64,000 nt of DNA, taken from positions 186,001 to 250,000 of the forward strand of contig JBEUKZ010000117.1 of assembly GCA_048128005.1 (NCBI GenBank). The letters run 5' to 3'. The DNA comes from Veleropilina oligotropha (taxonomy: Eukaryota). Made by a program: the position numbers and the translations under genes. Below, in pieces: positions 39,390 through 54,474 of the stretch (positions are counted from its first letter, which is position 1; every line of letters starts with the position of its first letter). The notes beneath the pieces were generated by a model. It saw only the letters and a list, made by a program, of their open reading frames with translations, was not told the DNA's origin and did no database searches.

Positions 39390-41560
39390 CACATAACGCG
39401 GAAAAGCCTCACTAATGTATCACATGTAGGAAGGCATTTGCACAATCTGGTGATCTAATTACGGAAGCACATAGAGAAAACATATCATTGTGTTGTGTGC
39501 AATAAGGCGTTTTCACACTCGGATCAACTTATGGAGCACTGGCGAACCCATACTAGAGATAAACTGAATGAATGTGCTAAATGTAAGAAGGCATTTTCAC
39601 ATTCTGGTGGTCTTAGGAATCACATGCGAATTCATACTGGAGAGAAGGCGCATCAATGTGTCACATGTAAGAAGGCATTTACACAGGCTGGTTATCTTAA
39701 GAAGCACATGCGAACCCATACTGGAGAGAAGGCGCATCAATGTGTCACATGTAAGAAGGCATTTACACAGGCTGATGATCTAAGGAAGCACATGCGAACC
39801 CATACTGGAGAGAAACCGTATCAGTGTGTTGTGTGCAATAGGGCGTTTTCACAATCGGGTAATCTTAGGGAGCACTGGCGAACCCATACTGGAGAGAAAC
39901 CGCATCAGTGTGTTGTGTGCAATAGGGCGTTTTCACGATCGAATAAACTTAGGGAGCACTGGCGAACCCATACTGGAGAGAAACCGCATCAGTGTGTTAA
40001 ATGTAAGAAGGCATTTACACAGGCTGGTGATCTAAGGAAGCACATGCGAACCCATACTGGAGAGAAACCGTATCAGTGTGTTGTGTGCAATAGGGCGTTT
40101 TCACAATCGGGTCTTCTTAGAGAGCACATGCGAACCCATACTGGAGATAAACCGTATCAGTGTGTTGTGTGCAATAAGGCGTTTTCACTATCGGGTAATC
40201 TTAGGCGGCACTGGCGAACCCATACTGGAGATAAACCGCTGTAAGAAGGCATTTGCAGATTCTGGTGATCTTAGGAAGCATAAGCGAATTCATACTAGAG
40301 AGAAACCGCATCAGTGTGTTAAATGCAAAAAGGCAGTTGCACACTCTGGTGGTCGTCAGATGCACATGCGAACCCGTACTGGAGAGAAACCGTATCATTG
40401 TGTTGTGTGCTATAAGGTGTTTCACAATCAGGTCAGCTAAGGGCGCACGGGCGAACCCATACTTTAGAAAAACCGCAGCGTGTTACATTTGCACAGGCTG
40501 GTAGGCTTCAGATGCACATGCGAATTCATACTGGGGAGAAACCGTATCAGTGCGATGTGTGCAATAAGGCGTTTTCACAATCTGGTCTTCTTAGGGAGCA
40601 CTCTCGTACCCATACTGGATATAAACCGTTGGTGTGATGTGTGCAATCATGCATTTTAAGAGTCTGGTCATCTTGTAAGACGCATGCGACGTCATACTGC
40701 AGATAAACCGTATAAATGTGCTGTGCGCAATCAGACACTTTCGGAGTCGGGTTCGCTTAGAAGGCACGAGCAAATACATACTGGTGAGAAACCGCAACGG
40801 TGTGATGTGTGCGATCAGGCATTTGGGCAGTCGGGCCATCTTAAGAGGCACATGCGAATCCATACTGGAGAGAAACCGTAAAACTGTGATATGTGCAAGC
40901 AGGCTAAAGGCCCTTTTCCATTTGCGCGGTTGCCGCGCGGCAATCGAGCAGCCAGGTAGCAAGAATTGATATAACGCAATCATAATTATGAACCTTTGCA
41001 ATTGTCACAGTTCCATTCCATGTTCCATTTGCTCGACAACCGCTCAACATTGATATCACGCAATCATCTATTACCTTTTCCATTGCGTGTACGAGACGCG
41101 GCATACGGGACACTTCTGAAATCGATTATTTCCGCCTGCTGCAAGGGAACCGCAAGCCGGCTGAACAAGATGGCTTCGTCGAAGCATATTCATCAAACAT
41201 TATTACTGCAATATTAAGTTCATAAAACGCATGTAGGCCTTCATGTATAATTTTCACAATATCTGAATTTAATCCAGTCGCCTTGGCTGATTACCACCAA
41301 ATATCGTTCTTATCAGATAATTTGTGGGATTTCAATGCAATGTCAACATAATATTGTCAAATAATTAGTCACACACTACAAACACACGCTCTACGACAAG
41401 TGCAAGTCTGCAGTTCACATAATGTATTATATTTATTTATTATATACCACTAGCCGCGCGGTGGGAACCGTGCATTTGGAAAACGACCTTAGTCGCCAAG
41501 TCTCAAGAACCCTAAGCGACTGCATAAGGGAGATAACCCTCATAAGTGTGCTTTGTGTAA
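39390..41560 (+). pseudogene. C2H2 zinc-finger array copy B (about 9 fingers in one frame, then frameshifted fingers)
   Basis: ORF 39495-40244 has TGEKP-linked fingers, the same GATAAACCG|CTGTAAG deletion as copy A, and no clear ATG or effector domain. Confidence 0.88.
40908..41489. mobile_element. PIF/Harbinger-type MITE in the last finger of copy B
   Basis: Imperfect TIR AGGCCCTTTTCCATTTGC / GCATTTGGAAAACGACCT, flanked by TAA/TAG, absent from copy A. A related fragment lies at about 60706-60815. Confidence 0.75.
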
Positions 41561-42575
41561 AAGCGCCTTTTCTCAGTCGAACATACTCAGAACACACATG
41601 CTTTCTCTTGATCGTCACTAACTAATTGCGTGACGCGTTATCATTATAGTTGTGTATATGCATATACCTGTAAATTGTAAATGCATATATCTGTAAATTA
41701 CAGCATGTATATTGATACTTCAACTTGATACCCCCTGCGCCTTTGCGTTATAGTATAGTATTCATTTTACAACATTTAGGCCTTAATAGTCGGGTAGAAC
41801 TGCCAGATAAGCTTAAAGTAGGGTATTAATGCAATTGTATTGTTTCAAATGGTATAGATAAGCATGCATAGATGAAAAACCAGACGGTGCGACAATGGCA
41901 CTGTTTATAATTTTGTTTATTGACGTCAACTAATATGTTTATCTTGCAAATTGAAATGGTCTTTACTCGACGTTAATGTATGTTGACGTGCTATTAATAA
42001 TTTAGTAGTACTAGAACTACCAGCGTATTAAATGCGTGTATGCTCTTTTCATTGATTGCCCACTTTCTTTGATTCTGTATTTGTCAAGCAACCATTTCAC
42101 TGATTGTCACACTTTAAATAGGTGGCGATATCCATCCGCCTTTCCGTTTTAGATCCCACCTTATGCAACCATGTTTTGCCTTTTGGTTATAAACATTGGC
42201 CCATTTCACAAATCTTTCAAATTACTATGAATGAACCACAATAGCCGTGTGGTCTCGAGTGCCGACTCTGAAATCACTGGTTGCACTGCTCCGAACAACA
42301 GTAGTGCGTACGAATCTCGGTTGGGGCAAGACTATTTTTTGTCCAGTTGTCCGAACCTGGCCGAATTTTCTGGAGACAGGGCTTTCCTCCCGTGATAATA
42401 TGAACATGTCCTGGTTTTAACATGAAGGTTGTAATTATACACGACGTTAAGCATATATATATCAGCTATACATAGCAGCACGTATAATGATACTCATAGT
42501 ATACTGGGACGTAGGAAGGGGGTGGGGGGCAGAGAATAGATCTAAAAATATACATCTCAAAAAATCTTGTGTATA

Positions 42576-45500
42576 TAGTCCGGTGTGTTATATACTTTCG
42601 TTTTGATTTTTTGGAGATTTGCAAAGCTATACATTTTTGGAAACATATCCAACAGAATGTGGAAACCAATGTTTGCATTTGAACCAATGCCGTTATGGCG
42701 GCCATTTTGAATTTCAAGATGGCCGCCAGTTGGAATAATTTATATAGCATAATACAGCTACAATATCAACAAATAATTTAGTTTTAAAGTTTAAATATAT
42801 ATTATCATGATGAAAACATTACATAGCATCATCTGTCAGAATAATGTACATATTACAGGACAGGTGACCGTCTTTTTAGTGTGTGATATAATATGGATTT
42901 TTAGTATTCACTGTATTATGAAGATAATTTTGCAGATACATCTTAAAGATTTTGTATTACATCACACAACATTAAGTACAAAACTTACCAGCCAAAAAAT
43001 GGTCAATGTTCAAGCCAATATGCAAACTAGAAATGGATATTTTGTCGTAAAACAATACATTTAAGCATCAACAAGTATTAAGGGGAGATAACTCAAGATT
43101 GTTTATATTTTCATTAAGCATTAATTATAATTAATTATAAAGGTTAAATAAGACATATGCTGGTGCCTTAACTATATTTCCAGAGTTAGCTCATGAATGG
43201 TCAATCCAATGGACAGTAATCACACAAAACAAACCAGCTACGATTTCTAGCAGTTGGAGAAAAGCATTCCAATATGTGACCTCGTTTCAAATGTTCTTCT
43301 ACGAAATAGTTGCTTAATTACTTGATTTCAGACCAGACATGAAAAAGACCGTTGTTCTCAGACAATATAAACTTCATGCTGTCGTCACTGATCTTCGGGG
43401 TCATGGAGCGTCAAGAACTCCAGTACCAGTATAGAGGATACCTAGCTGCATGGACGCAAATTCTTCTTATTTGCCATCGCATTATCGTGGTAAGGGGTCG
43501 GCGGCCTGAATTATCCTTCTCCATTCGTCTGTCATGTATGTCACCCTCTGTCAGATCCATCTCCTCTATACTTTACCTCAGTCCATCTCTCCCATTTCCT
43601 ACGTTGACGTCTTCAACTCCTCCGCCCTCTTACTGGCTCCCTCCACGCTCTAGTCACGATATTTGCCCAATCATCAAGACGTGTCCGTACGATCTCATCT
43701 TACTTATATATATATCCTGCACCGCTCGTTTTGTCACTCTTGTTCTGCTCCGCACCTTATCGCTTCTGATTTTATCTCGCAGCGTCACTTCCAAAATATA
43801 TCAGAACACTCACTTCCATTATCCTCTCATCCCTCTTCGTCCGTGCTCAGCACGCTGCCCCATACGCCATATTCGGCCAACCATTATCTTATAAATCTTA
43901 GTTTTCAACTAAATCGGCATCCTCCTATTATTCAACACTCCACTCATCCAGCTTGCATAGATTCCGTACTGAACATCATTCTCACACACCCTCTTTCACA
44001 CATGGTTGATCCCAAGTACTTGAAAATGTCTACCCTTTGTCCGTATGCTCTACTACATGCTAACGTATCTGACCTTTTCGAGTTTATCTTTAGTCCAAAC
44101 CTATCCAGACTTGTTCGCTAACTCAGCAACCATTCTTGCAACTGTTCCTCGCTGTCTGTCAAATCCTAAGTTGCACACACTAAAAACATATACTCATACA
44201 TTGCATACTATAAATTGGCTATTTGTGCAATTTTCAGAGATAACCCTAATCTGACGAAAATTTGTCTGGATTCCATAAAAGAAATAGATGTAGCCTGCCT
44301 CGAGATCAACAAAACCAAGAGAACTAAACATGGTACATTTGCCAGTTCAAATATTTTGCATGTTTTGGCCGCTGCTGATGTACAAAATATATTTGTAAAG
44401 TTGGGAAGTTAAAGCAGGCAATGTTCAAGTCCATGATGAAAATGACATTTATAAGGTGAAAACAATTCTGGCTTTCGTCACAGCATCTCATTCATCTGAC
44501 CTGATGCTTCATTGTGAGCAGAAGAATACCTGAACAAACCGTTTTTGCTATGTATAGGATAAAATACAAATGGCTCCGACCTTGCTATATTTCAGATATA
44601 TGACCTCCGCTTTAACTACCCAGACACTTCGCTTCAGAACAAACTACAAGCAACAGTAATCATCTCTTTGAAATAGCAACCATGAAACATCAGACACACT
44701 GATGATCTGGATAGATGTGTTAGCAACAAGATGTGCTTCGCAAAATGCGCATCACACATTTTTATTTTCCAACACCGACGTCATATTGTCTGTTATGATA
44801 TTTTCCCAAGAAAGACATGAATCTCTATGGTATCATGGGTGGCTCTAATTCAGCCAATCTGGAGAGCTTTGAGCTGCAATTCAGCAAAGGCATAAGTATT
44901 TCATGTTTTACAAGAGCAGACACTGGGCATTTTTGTCGAATATGCAAAGCCAAATTTGGCTAGAATTATATCTGAAGGCGACAGTCAAGTTATCAAGGCA
45001 CTATCAGAGCAAAGTGATATTGTGGAGGTGACAGTAAAACGTCTGGTCACACTTGCGACAATTGTATGTGCCGTATATTATCCAAGAGGAACCCATATCA
45101 ATAACATACCTGAAGTGAAGTGGCATATATTTTACAATTATATGTCGGATTTTAATTGGTTATGGGAACAAACCAGCGCACCGCAACATGAATTATTGGA
45201 TCCATTATAAAATGAATACTATCATAACATGCCTCCCACCGCCGGCTCCTAATGTAATACTTGAAATGGTAAGATGCAGGTGCAAGTTGGAGTGTTCAGA
45301 ATGATGATGACTCTATAGAAAACACTTTAGCTAATTACAGTGATGATGATGAAATGTATTAGATTTTGGGCTAGATGGTATATTGGTTTGAGAATTGAGC
45401 AGTGATTATACAAATATAATCTTTAAATTAAATGTGAAATTTTTCACTAATACGGCAAAAATAAAATAATCAGACTAAATATTCGCATTGTTTAAACCAG

Positions 45501-46439
45501 CGAACTCATTATTTATCAGCAAATTCCTTAGTTCAAGGCGAAAGAAACGAGTCAGAGTATGCAAGTCGGAATATGCATTACATATTATACCTGTGATCTC
45601 ACAGGAGGCGCCCGAACACATTACCATTTATAGCAAACCTGAAGAAACAGTTTAAACAGCATGGTCAAACAGCCCACAATACGACCTGCAGAATTTCATA
45701 TCATTATTAGCATAGTTTTTCCTGTATCTTGTAGAATGTGAAGGTTTCAAAATAGCCACCTATCATTGAAAAATGTACCCGTACTTATCAATACTCGGTC
45801 AGCTATATTAAATGGCTTGGATGTTAAGAGTCCGTTTTGCCTAGGTAAATAAATACATTCATGTGTTATAAATGCTGGATAATGACAAAAATGGATTTTG
45901 TATATCCGCCATTTTAAATCCAATATGGCGGCCTATCTTCGTAGAGAGGCTCGAAGTCATACCATGTAGGCCTACATTTATAGCAAGAAACAGTTCAAGC
46001 TGCATGGATTCAAAAGGCCACAATGTAACCTACAGTATTTCATATGATTGATGGTGTATCTTATTGAATGGTGAAAATGGTCCGTTTGCATGCTTTCAAA
46101 TGGCCGCCAATCATTGAAAAATGTACAAAAGAGACTCGTACTTATCCGGGGGTTAAAACATTAATACTTTGTGGGCTATATTCAGTAGCTTGGAGGTTAA
46201 GATGCTGTTTTGTCTTGATAAATGAATACATTTGTGTAATATAACAGCTGGAGAATGACTAAAAAGGATTTTGCAATGCCGCCATTTAGAATTCCAATAT
46301 GGCCGCTATAACGGATTTTCCCCAAAGGCAAACATTGGTTTTAACTTCCCAGGGTATACAGTTTTCAAAAATATAGAGGTTTGCAAATCTCCAAGAAAAA
46401 AAAACGAAACCATTTTTTAGGACATAGTGAACCTGACTA
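42576..46439 (+). mobile_element. Decayed Academ element with both termini
   Basis: TAGTCCGGT...ACCTGACTA with TSD ATA (42573-42575 / 46440-46442) and diverged TIRs of about 150 bp. Remnant at 44956-45300 (VCAVYYP..INNIPEVKW, PAPNVILEMVRCRCK) matches the XPG C-terminus/Cys8 region. Confidence 0.82.
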
Positions 46440-46779
46440 ATATAGACAAATCCATTGTAAACAAGTAATTCCACTACAAAACAAGCAGTAAATCTCTGAC
46501 AATTAACTAGTGGATTGCGCATAAAATATTGTTATTGTCAGATATTGTCATTTTATGATTGTAATTCATGTTTAGAAATATTGATCGTAGATATTTCTGA
46601 CTTTCACCATCGTCTTCCTTAGCCCCGTGACGAGGGTTTGCAGTCTCCTCTGATTGCTCTTGTTGTTTGATGTAGCGATACATAATATACACTGGTCATA
46701 ATGTATTGTTGTGTAATTCTGCAGGATTATTGAACTACATCTGGATGAATGTAGTATCAAGACTTAGCGGCAATAACAC

Positions 46780-48258
46780 ATCAGGGTACAAAGACGTAAA
46801 AGTACTGTCAGACAATCTCGGTGGTGACATATGTGTGGCTCTTTCTGCCATCCCATGATGTGACTTCACTGTCTCGGCTCTACGTAAAGGAAATGAGATA
46901 CATGTTGAATCTAGGAGAAGTCATGGCGCTTTTCAAAACTTGGAACAGAGTCAGTAAACCTGGACGAAGATATGCTCCACACTATCGAAATGTACGTTTG
47001 CTATGATGAAAGCCAAAGCACATTTCTATGAATGAAGTTCGCGATGCTCTCTTCTGGGAATAGTACAAGCTTCGTGATGATAACCAACTTCTCCATAAAA
47101 TAAAAAGATGAAATACAAGCCTTTTACCACTTTGTTGGTCGTTTATCGAGAAAGAAATCATGCATGTAAGCAAATTATGCGTCACTTATATGGAGGACTG
47201 CAGACAAAGGAAGGTCGATTCAACTACGTCCAGCATACTACTGGTGAAATATCGAAGATGAGAGATTATGTGCTCAAGCGATGTGAAGGTGTGCAAATCG
47301 CAATATATTCTTGTGAAAATACTGACGAGCCTGTCTTTGGCGAAACAGACTATAACAAAGCAGACTACCGTTTTTATTGAGTGTGGAAGCCATCTTGAAA
47401 TAAAATAGTGTGTTCGTTTCAAACAAATATTGATGGAAATTTAGAAAGCTTATCATATAACCTCCAAATCATATTTTTATCTCGTCAGAGTGGAAGAATG
47501 TTGAAATATTCGTGCAGTTTTATGGCGGTCATCTTGGATTGTTCAAAGCCCATCCGGAAATAGTGTGCTTGTTTCAAAGAAATATTGATGGAAGTGTATT
47601 CCTTAAATCAGTATGCCTTCAAAATGACAAACAAATATTGTATTTATCTCGCCCGAGTGTCATAAAATTGAAATCTGTAAATTGTATAATGAAGTTATGG
47701 CGACCATCATGGATTTTCGCATACCCATATTGAAACTGTGTGCTCTTTTCAAACAAATATTGATGAAAATGTATTATTTTAATAGGTAAACCTGAGAAAT
47801 AACCAACAAACCAAGTCTTTTTCACGTCATAGTGTAAATATATAGAAATTTGCCAATTTTCGCGCGCTACTATGGCGGCCATCTTGGATGTTCTCATACC
47901 CAGCTTGAAACAGTGTGCTATTTAATAACAAAAACTGATGGAAAAGTATTGACTTATATCAATAAACTTGTCAAATGACCTACACATCATCTAGCTAGCT
48001 CTTTATCTCGTCAATAGAGCTAAGATATTTAAATTTGCCAATTTTCATGCTGTGTATGGCAACCATCTTGGATTTTATCATTTTAAAATTCTTGTAGATA
48101 TCGTTCGGTTCCAGATATCTTTTAAAATGTTTTTTAGGTATTACTACCTGCATATAGCATGCCACTATATACCAACAAATATGGTTTGCATCCGCTTAAA
48201 TGGAATTTTATGTAATATGAGCTTTTCTCAATAATTTTTGTAGCTTATCGCGGAATAT
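46780..48258 (+). mobile_element. Highly decayed 3' half of another Academ-like element
   Basis: Fragments translate as SMNEVRDALFW, SLLPLC and ANYASLIWR (XPG C-terminal motifs), followed by ATGGCGGCCATCTTG repeats and a possible degenerate terminus GCGGAATA at about 48258. Confidence 0.5.
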
Positions 48259-49239
48259 GAAGTTTTGACGCATGTATTGAAGTAAATTTCCACCATAGAT
48301 TGAATCCTGATTCACCATGCGAAAGGCAATTAAAACACAATGACGTGGCCAAAAATCAGATCACTCCCACATGTTCAAAGGCTTCTTGGACCACGTTTGC
48401 ATGTGCTGAGACTTGCAAGAAATGGATTTTCCGAATCTGCATGTTTTTTTCAGATAAGAAACAAGTGTCATTATATTTGGCCCTCCACGGTTAGTTCAAA
48501 GGGTCATAGCTCTCGTACTAGTATAATAAGAGCTTGTGCAAATGATGTAGATTTCAAACCAAATGAGGATCTCCTGTACATGAAGCTCTTAGGATTCTGG
48601 AATATGTTAAGACATTCTTATTCGTATTCCGTATCATAAGATACAAATTATTTGATGATTCAGTTGTTATATATGTATGTCCATATGCTGAATGTTATAA
48701 ATTAACCCATTTTGTCAATGCTGTCACTGATGGTAGTTTGCTCATCGCCATGCTTTGTATTTAAGATATTATAACTTCGAAAAATGCACTTGTTCTGTCT
48801 TCCTCTTGTGGCTTTCAAATCGTTTGCTTTAAATTACAAACAAACTAGCGTACCAGTATTAAATAAAATGAACATGTAAATGCATCTTTAAGGCGATAAT
48901 CTACGTTAATAGCATGCACCAGTTCAATAACAATTCATTCAGTGATTTTAACATTTCAAATTGTCCTTTTAAATTGGATATTCTATTGAAAGCTTTATAA
49001 TTATATATATACACGTAATAGTAAAATCAGGGGAGATAACCATGCTTATTATGGTATCGATATACCATAATATTTATCTAGTATGAATTATGTTGGTAAA
49101 TTTACTCATTTACTATTAGGAATAGCGGTTTATTTGATAATATACTTACTTCAGTTGCAATTTATTCATCAAAATAAGCTTTCTACACATAATTATGTAA
49201 TTGAAAGGGATATAACTTGCAAAGAGCTTCAGTGATTAT

Positions 49240-51155
49240 TTTGAGAACAAAATCCAGACTATAAGACAAGCTCTTTGTACACCCTCTACCGATGATAACC
49301 CGGATCTCGAATTAACTTCGATATTTGAAGGAGATAAACTTGTTCAATTCGAACCCTTCTCCCAGTCGGAAGTTGAAAAATATAATAAAATCTTGCAAGC
49401 AGACTACATGCACTCTGGACCCAGTTCCATCTAGAATTGTTGTAGACTGTCTGGACGTGCTCTTCCCTGTCATGACTAAGATCATTAATGAAAGTCTTGT
49501 ATCTGGCACACTCCCTGACAGTTGTAAGGCAGAAGTTGTTAACCTGCTCCTGAAGAAGGATAATTTCGATGCTCAAAATCTGAAAAACTATCGACCCGTG
49601 TCCAATCTATGCTTTGTGTCGAAAGACCTCGAGAAGGCTGTCAGCATTATAATAATGATTGATCACCTCACCAAACACGAACTTCTTGACAAGTTTAAAT
49701 CTGCTTACAACCGTCACTATAGCAATGAAACTTCACTGCTGATGATTCTAAATGATCTACGTAACGCAGTTGATTCGGGCAACATGTTTTCTTTAGTGTT
49801 GCTTGATTTAAGCTCCGCCTTCGACACCATCGATCCAGATAAACTCCTGCAGACTTTACAACAACAGATCGGCATTGACGGAACAGCACTTAGCTGGTTC
49901 TGTTCATATCTCACAGGCATATCACAGTCCATCCTTGTCTAGTCCGAACAGTTTGACAAAGAGTTACTCAACTGTGGAGTGCCTCAAGGTTCAGTTCTAG
50001 GTTCCATCCTGTTTCTGCTTTATATGAACCCTCTGAGAAATATCATCGTCAAATATGGAGGAGGAGGAGGAATTATGCTTAATGTCCTGTATATTTATAA
50101 CATCGAGGTTCAAGGCAGGACATGTCCGTGTTATTGCGGGAGGAAACCCCGGTCGCCCGGGTAAACCCGCCCTCTTCGGCCAGTCACGGACAACTGTGCT
50201 TCATAACTTCGTCAAATATGACATCGCTCATCACTCTTACTCGGATGATACTCAGCTTGTCGATAAGTTCAATCCTTCTGACATTATTGCGTCGACTGAA
50301 CAGATTGCAAGCTGTACTCAGGAAATAAAGACATGAATGACTTCGCAAATACTCAAACTAAACGATGCGAAAACGGATGTAATGATCATTGGAAGCAATC
50401 AGAAACTTTATCAAATCGAATTCAACCAAGTGAAAATATGAGAAGTCCTGATTTGGCCATCGTCATCTGTTAAGTACCTTGGTGTGTACCTTGAACCAAC
50501 TCTGTCAATGGCACTTCAGGTTGATAATCTAATCAGATCTTGTTATTTCCATCTTCGTGCTATTGGCAATATTAGGCATCAAATAGCATCTGATGCTACC
50601 CATACTCTGATTCGAAGCTTGGTTTTATCAAGATTAGACTACTGAAACTGCCTTCTGTTTGGACTCGATAACAAACCGCTTCATAAGCTCCAAAAGATTC
50701 AAAATACTGCAGCTCGGATCTCCCTCACCAACAAGAGGCAGCACATCACTCCGGTTCTAAAGGCGCTACATTGGCTACCAGTGAAGGCGATAATTGAGTA
50801 CAAGGTGTTATCTATAACGTACCAGTGTATTGAAAAAACAGCCCCCGACTACCTGTCTGACTTTGTCTCTGAGTATGCGTCAGGCAGAAGCCTCAGATCT
50901 GAGAATCAAAAACGGCTCGTTATTCCCAAACGAAAACTGAAATCTTTCGGTTATCGATCGTTGGCACATGCGGCATCGACCCTCTGGAATATGCTTCCTT
51001 TACCTCTCAAACAGTCTCCATCTCTGAACTCGTCCAAAGCATCGCTGACAACGTACTTATTTCGGCTGTATTACGTATAACTCGTTTATTTATATCAATG
51101 TAGCGCTATGAGCATGCATTCGTGGGTAATATGGCGCAATATTATTATTATTAAT
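49240..51155 (+). mobile_element. 5'-truncated L2/CR1-group LINE (RT region and 3' end)
   Basis: LDPVP, NYRPVSNL, LDLSSAFDTID, GVPQGSVLG, YSDDTQL, LHWLPV, RSLRS, LWNMLP; (ATT)n tail at about 51140. Confidence 0.9.
50058..50209 (-). mobile_element. 5'-truncated SINE inserted in the L2 element
   Basis: Flanked by an 11-bp TSD CGTCAAATATG; matches the 3' half of the SINE at 54475-54735; (CCT)n tail on the minus strand. Confidence 0.85.
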
Positions 51156-53201
51156 ATAACTCTGATATTTGACTATGTTATTGGGGCATTTTTCAAATTG
51201 CTTTTTTGGAAACTTGCACTATAAGAATTCCTTTAGACTTTTGATATGTTGTAAAGGATAACATACTTTTATTAATTCAACTGCAAACATGTATGTTGCA
51301 ATTTGTGTGGGGTCAAACCATATAATGCCTGGACTATTGGGACAAACGTGTTCATTTCGCATGTCGGTGTTGTTCTTGACATATTCCTAAGCCATTTAAA
51401 ATAAAGGCATTACTGGCTTTCTTAATCGATTTGTGGAGACTGACGATTTAACAGTGGCAAGATGTGCACATGTTATATACTTGTTACAAACATTACATAA
51501 CAGACCAGTATTACACAAGCAAAAGCGACGATTTTATGGCAAGTCATTAATGAAGCGAATACCTTTAGTAACTAGTAATACGATAAGACGAAAACAATTT
51601 TGTTGTTTCCTGTTACATGCTCATAACAAATTAAGGTAGGTAAATACATGAAACCTGTCACGTCATGTCCCTCCGACAGCAAGCCAATTGCCATTAATGA
51701 TTATGTGACACACCAAAATCCCTTCCTGGGAGCAAATAGGACTGCAGATTGACAAGGTAGACGGTTTGCGGTGAGATCACGTTTTGCGGTCAGATCACGT
51801 TTTTTAATAAATCACTGATAAAATGGGTGTGGGAGGAAATTATAGGTTACAAACAGGACCCAATATATTTGTTTGGCCAAAGTAAATTGCTATTGTGCGT
51901 TGCTTCATTTCGAGTACAGTCACGTAATAATGAGTTCAGCCTAAATTGTGCCTGGCAGTAAATATACAAGTATATTGAGCAAACCATATTGAAATTTAAC
52001 TATATGAGCAAAATCATATAATTGTGAGCATGTAAAATAAATATGATAAATAATCAGTGATTTAGCTCATAATATTATTCACTACATGATCGCCAATAAA
52101 ATGTTACATCTTGCTGACGAAAGAAAAGATGGACTTAAGATATTTACGCTCTGCCAAACATAAAGGCATGTGCCCCATTACAATGGTCACGTGATAAGCT
52201 GCGTCATTGTTACCTCCATTATTGAGGAATGCATGTATCCAAATGAACAACAAACAACTTTTAAGAATTCAATTAATTATTAAAATTCACAACAATGCAT
52301 ACACTAATAACGCATAACTACTTGATATATTAATATTATATTACCAGTCTATAGGTACTATCACAGTCCAACAAGCAACTTCAAATAATGTAGTCTTCCG
52401 CTCCAACCGTGCAGTTTCGATTATCGTATGATGATCGGCGAAGTATTAGATTATGACATCCTCGATTCGAATATCGTGTGATGATCGGCGAGGTAATAAT
52501 TTTCGACATTCATTATGCCAGTTCAGCTCAGCTCATGGGCATCTATACGATTCGCATAGTTCAGACCGTTGTGATATCCGACATTATAAGGCGACCATCC
52601 TTCGTAACAACTGAAAATAAATTAAGATAAATCTGACAGACAACTGCAATCACAAAACAATTTGGATCAATTCAACCACACAATATCACACTGATTATAG
52701 TTGTAAATGTAAATGCTATAGTGTGCAGGACACCTCATTGGCGACCTAATATAAGTAAAAAACAAATTCAGGGGTCCATGCCCCGATCCCATATAGCAGA
52801 CTATGCCCCCCCCCCCCCCATTTCAGAAATACTGGATCCGCCACTGTTTATTGATTTGTATATTTACGGACAAATTGATCGATTGACTAATAGTATAACT
52901 GTGAGTGTGATACTGTTGCAATTGTTTCTCTTATTTATATATACTATAGTGAACATCTATCACTAAAACCTGCCATTCATGGCTTCATTGTTAATTCATA
53001 TAATGGTCAATACATTAAATATGTGCTACGTTAATTACCCCACTAAGTAATCGGATTAAATCGATGTTTTAAAAATGGCGTAGGCCTAATCCCCAATCGT
53101 ATTGTGGTTAGGGGAATAGTCCGTCGTGGCGATAAGCAACATTATCGGCACTGCGATAGCCACTTCCTTCTTTTAATGACGGGATTTTCTTGTTCTGGCA
53201 A

Positions 53202-53702
53202 TCTATACTATAATCGTGGAGAGTTTGTCTGTCTGTCTGTGTGTGTGTGTGTGTGTGTGTCTCCTACAGGCTCCCAAACGGCTGGACCGATCTCCACCAA
53301 ATTTGGCATGTGAACTAAGGGTACCAAGGCGGTGGTTATGGCGCTTTTTTGGGGGGGGGGGCGGGGGTGGTTTTTTTTTGGGGGGGGGATTTTCATAACA
53401 GTTATAACGTTACAAGACTTTTCGACCCCGTCCATTGTGACGTTATCCAATGACGATTATTCAAAAGCGTCATCGTAATGACGTCATTCCAGAACGGAAG
53501 CATCAATGCGACGTCGAGTCTGCGCACTTGACCTGTTGTTGACAGTCGGTTGCCATCGTGACCTGTGTCGCAGTTAGCACTCAGTGGAGATCTTTCGTGG
53601 AATGTTAGAGGCGTTCAAGATAAGAAATTCACTTGCAAATTTTATTGGATGGTTATTGATGAGGGGGGAGACTCACCCGTCGAAGACGGGTACCCTGGCT
53701 AG
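53202..53702 (+). mobile_element. Non-autonomous Helitron
   Basis: A|TCTATACTATAAT start, (GTCT)/(GT) microsatellite, hairpin CCCGTCGAAGACGGG at 53676-53690, CTAG|T end. Confidence 0.8.
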
Positions 53703-54474
53703 TTATCACATAAATGCTTAATTTCAGGGGCGGATTTAGGGGGGGGCCGACCCGGCTCCGGCCCCCCCTTTTGTCAGCGGAATGAACCTGTTGAATTTGC
53801 ATTTCTGTATAAAAATGATGCATTATAATACTTTTGATAAAACCCAATACCTATTTTGTATAATAAACTTTATATTTTTAATATGCAAATTAGTATTTAC
53901 AAAAAATGACATTGATTTTTAACAAGTCTGATAGTCTTCGAAGTCCGAATCGATAATGCTTGAAGTTCCGTACCGTTGCTCGCTATTTTGTCAAGTATTT
54001 AAATTTATCGCGCTTTTTCCGACACCAGATTCGACGACCCCTTGTGATCATGACCACAATGAAAATTTTATACTAAACAAAGCAATTTTCAACCTCGATT
54101 TATCACCATGCACTCATACATAACAATGATAAACATTGTATTTGCACTCTCAGAATGCTGAAAGGGGCATTCACACCGTTAATTATCAAAATTAACATAT
54201 TTCATAGTCAATTTGCAACCTTTTACTCATATATAATAGCGAAAATGGTCTTAAATGGTAGTAAAAACACATCGTATTTGCATTTTCAGAATGCAGGAGA
54301 GGGAGTTTGATAATTTCATAATTATCATAATTTTCTTCTATTTTATTCAGTATACATGGTGAAAATATTCATAAAAACATCGTATTTGCACTACCAGAAT
54401 GCAGGAGAGGGGTTTCACACCGTTTATTGTCGAAATTTTCCTCCGAGTGAGACATTAATTTTCATTGTAAATGT

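Larger units (their letters stand above)
38045..46120 (+). repeat. Segmental duplication copy B
   Basis: Colinear with copy A but lacks the Academ at 3236-9948 and the 12168-24532 nest. Confidence 0.9.

Noticed and set aside
39495..40244. PRDM9 or KRAB-ZNF identity
   Set aside because: No SET, KRAB or other effector exon is recognisable in the window.
2847..40440. Alternative-frame and antisense ORFs over the ZnF arrays ([24 protein letters not shown])
   Set aside because: Shadow frames of the 84-bp finger repeat.
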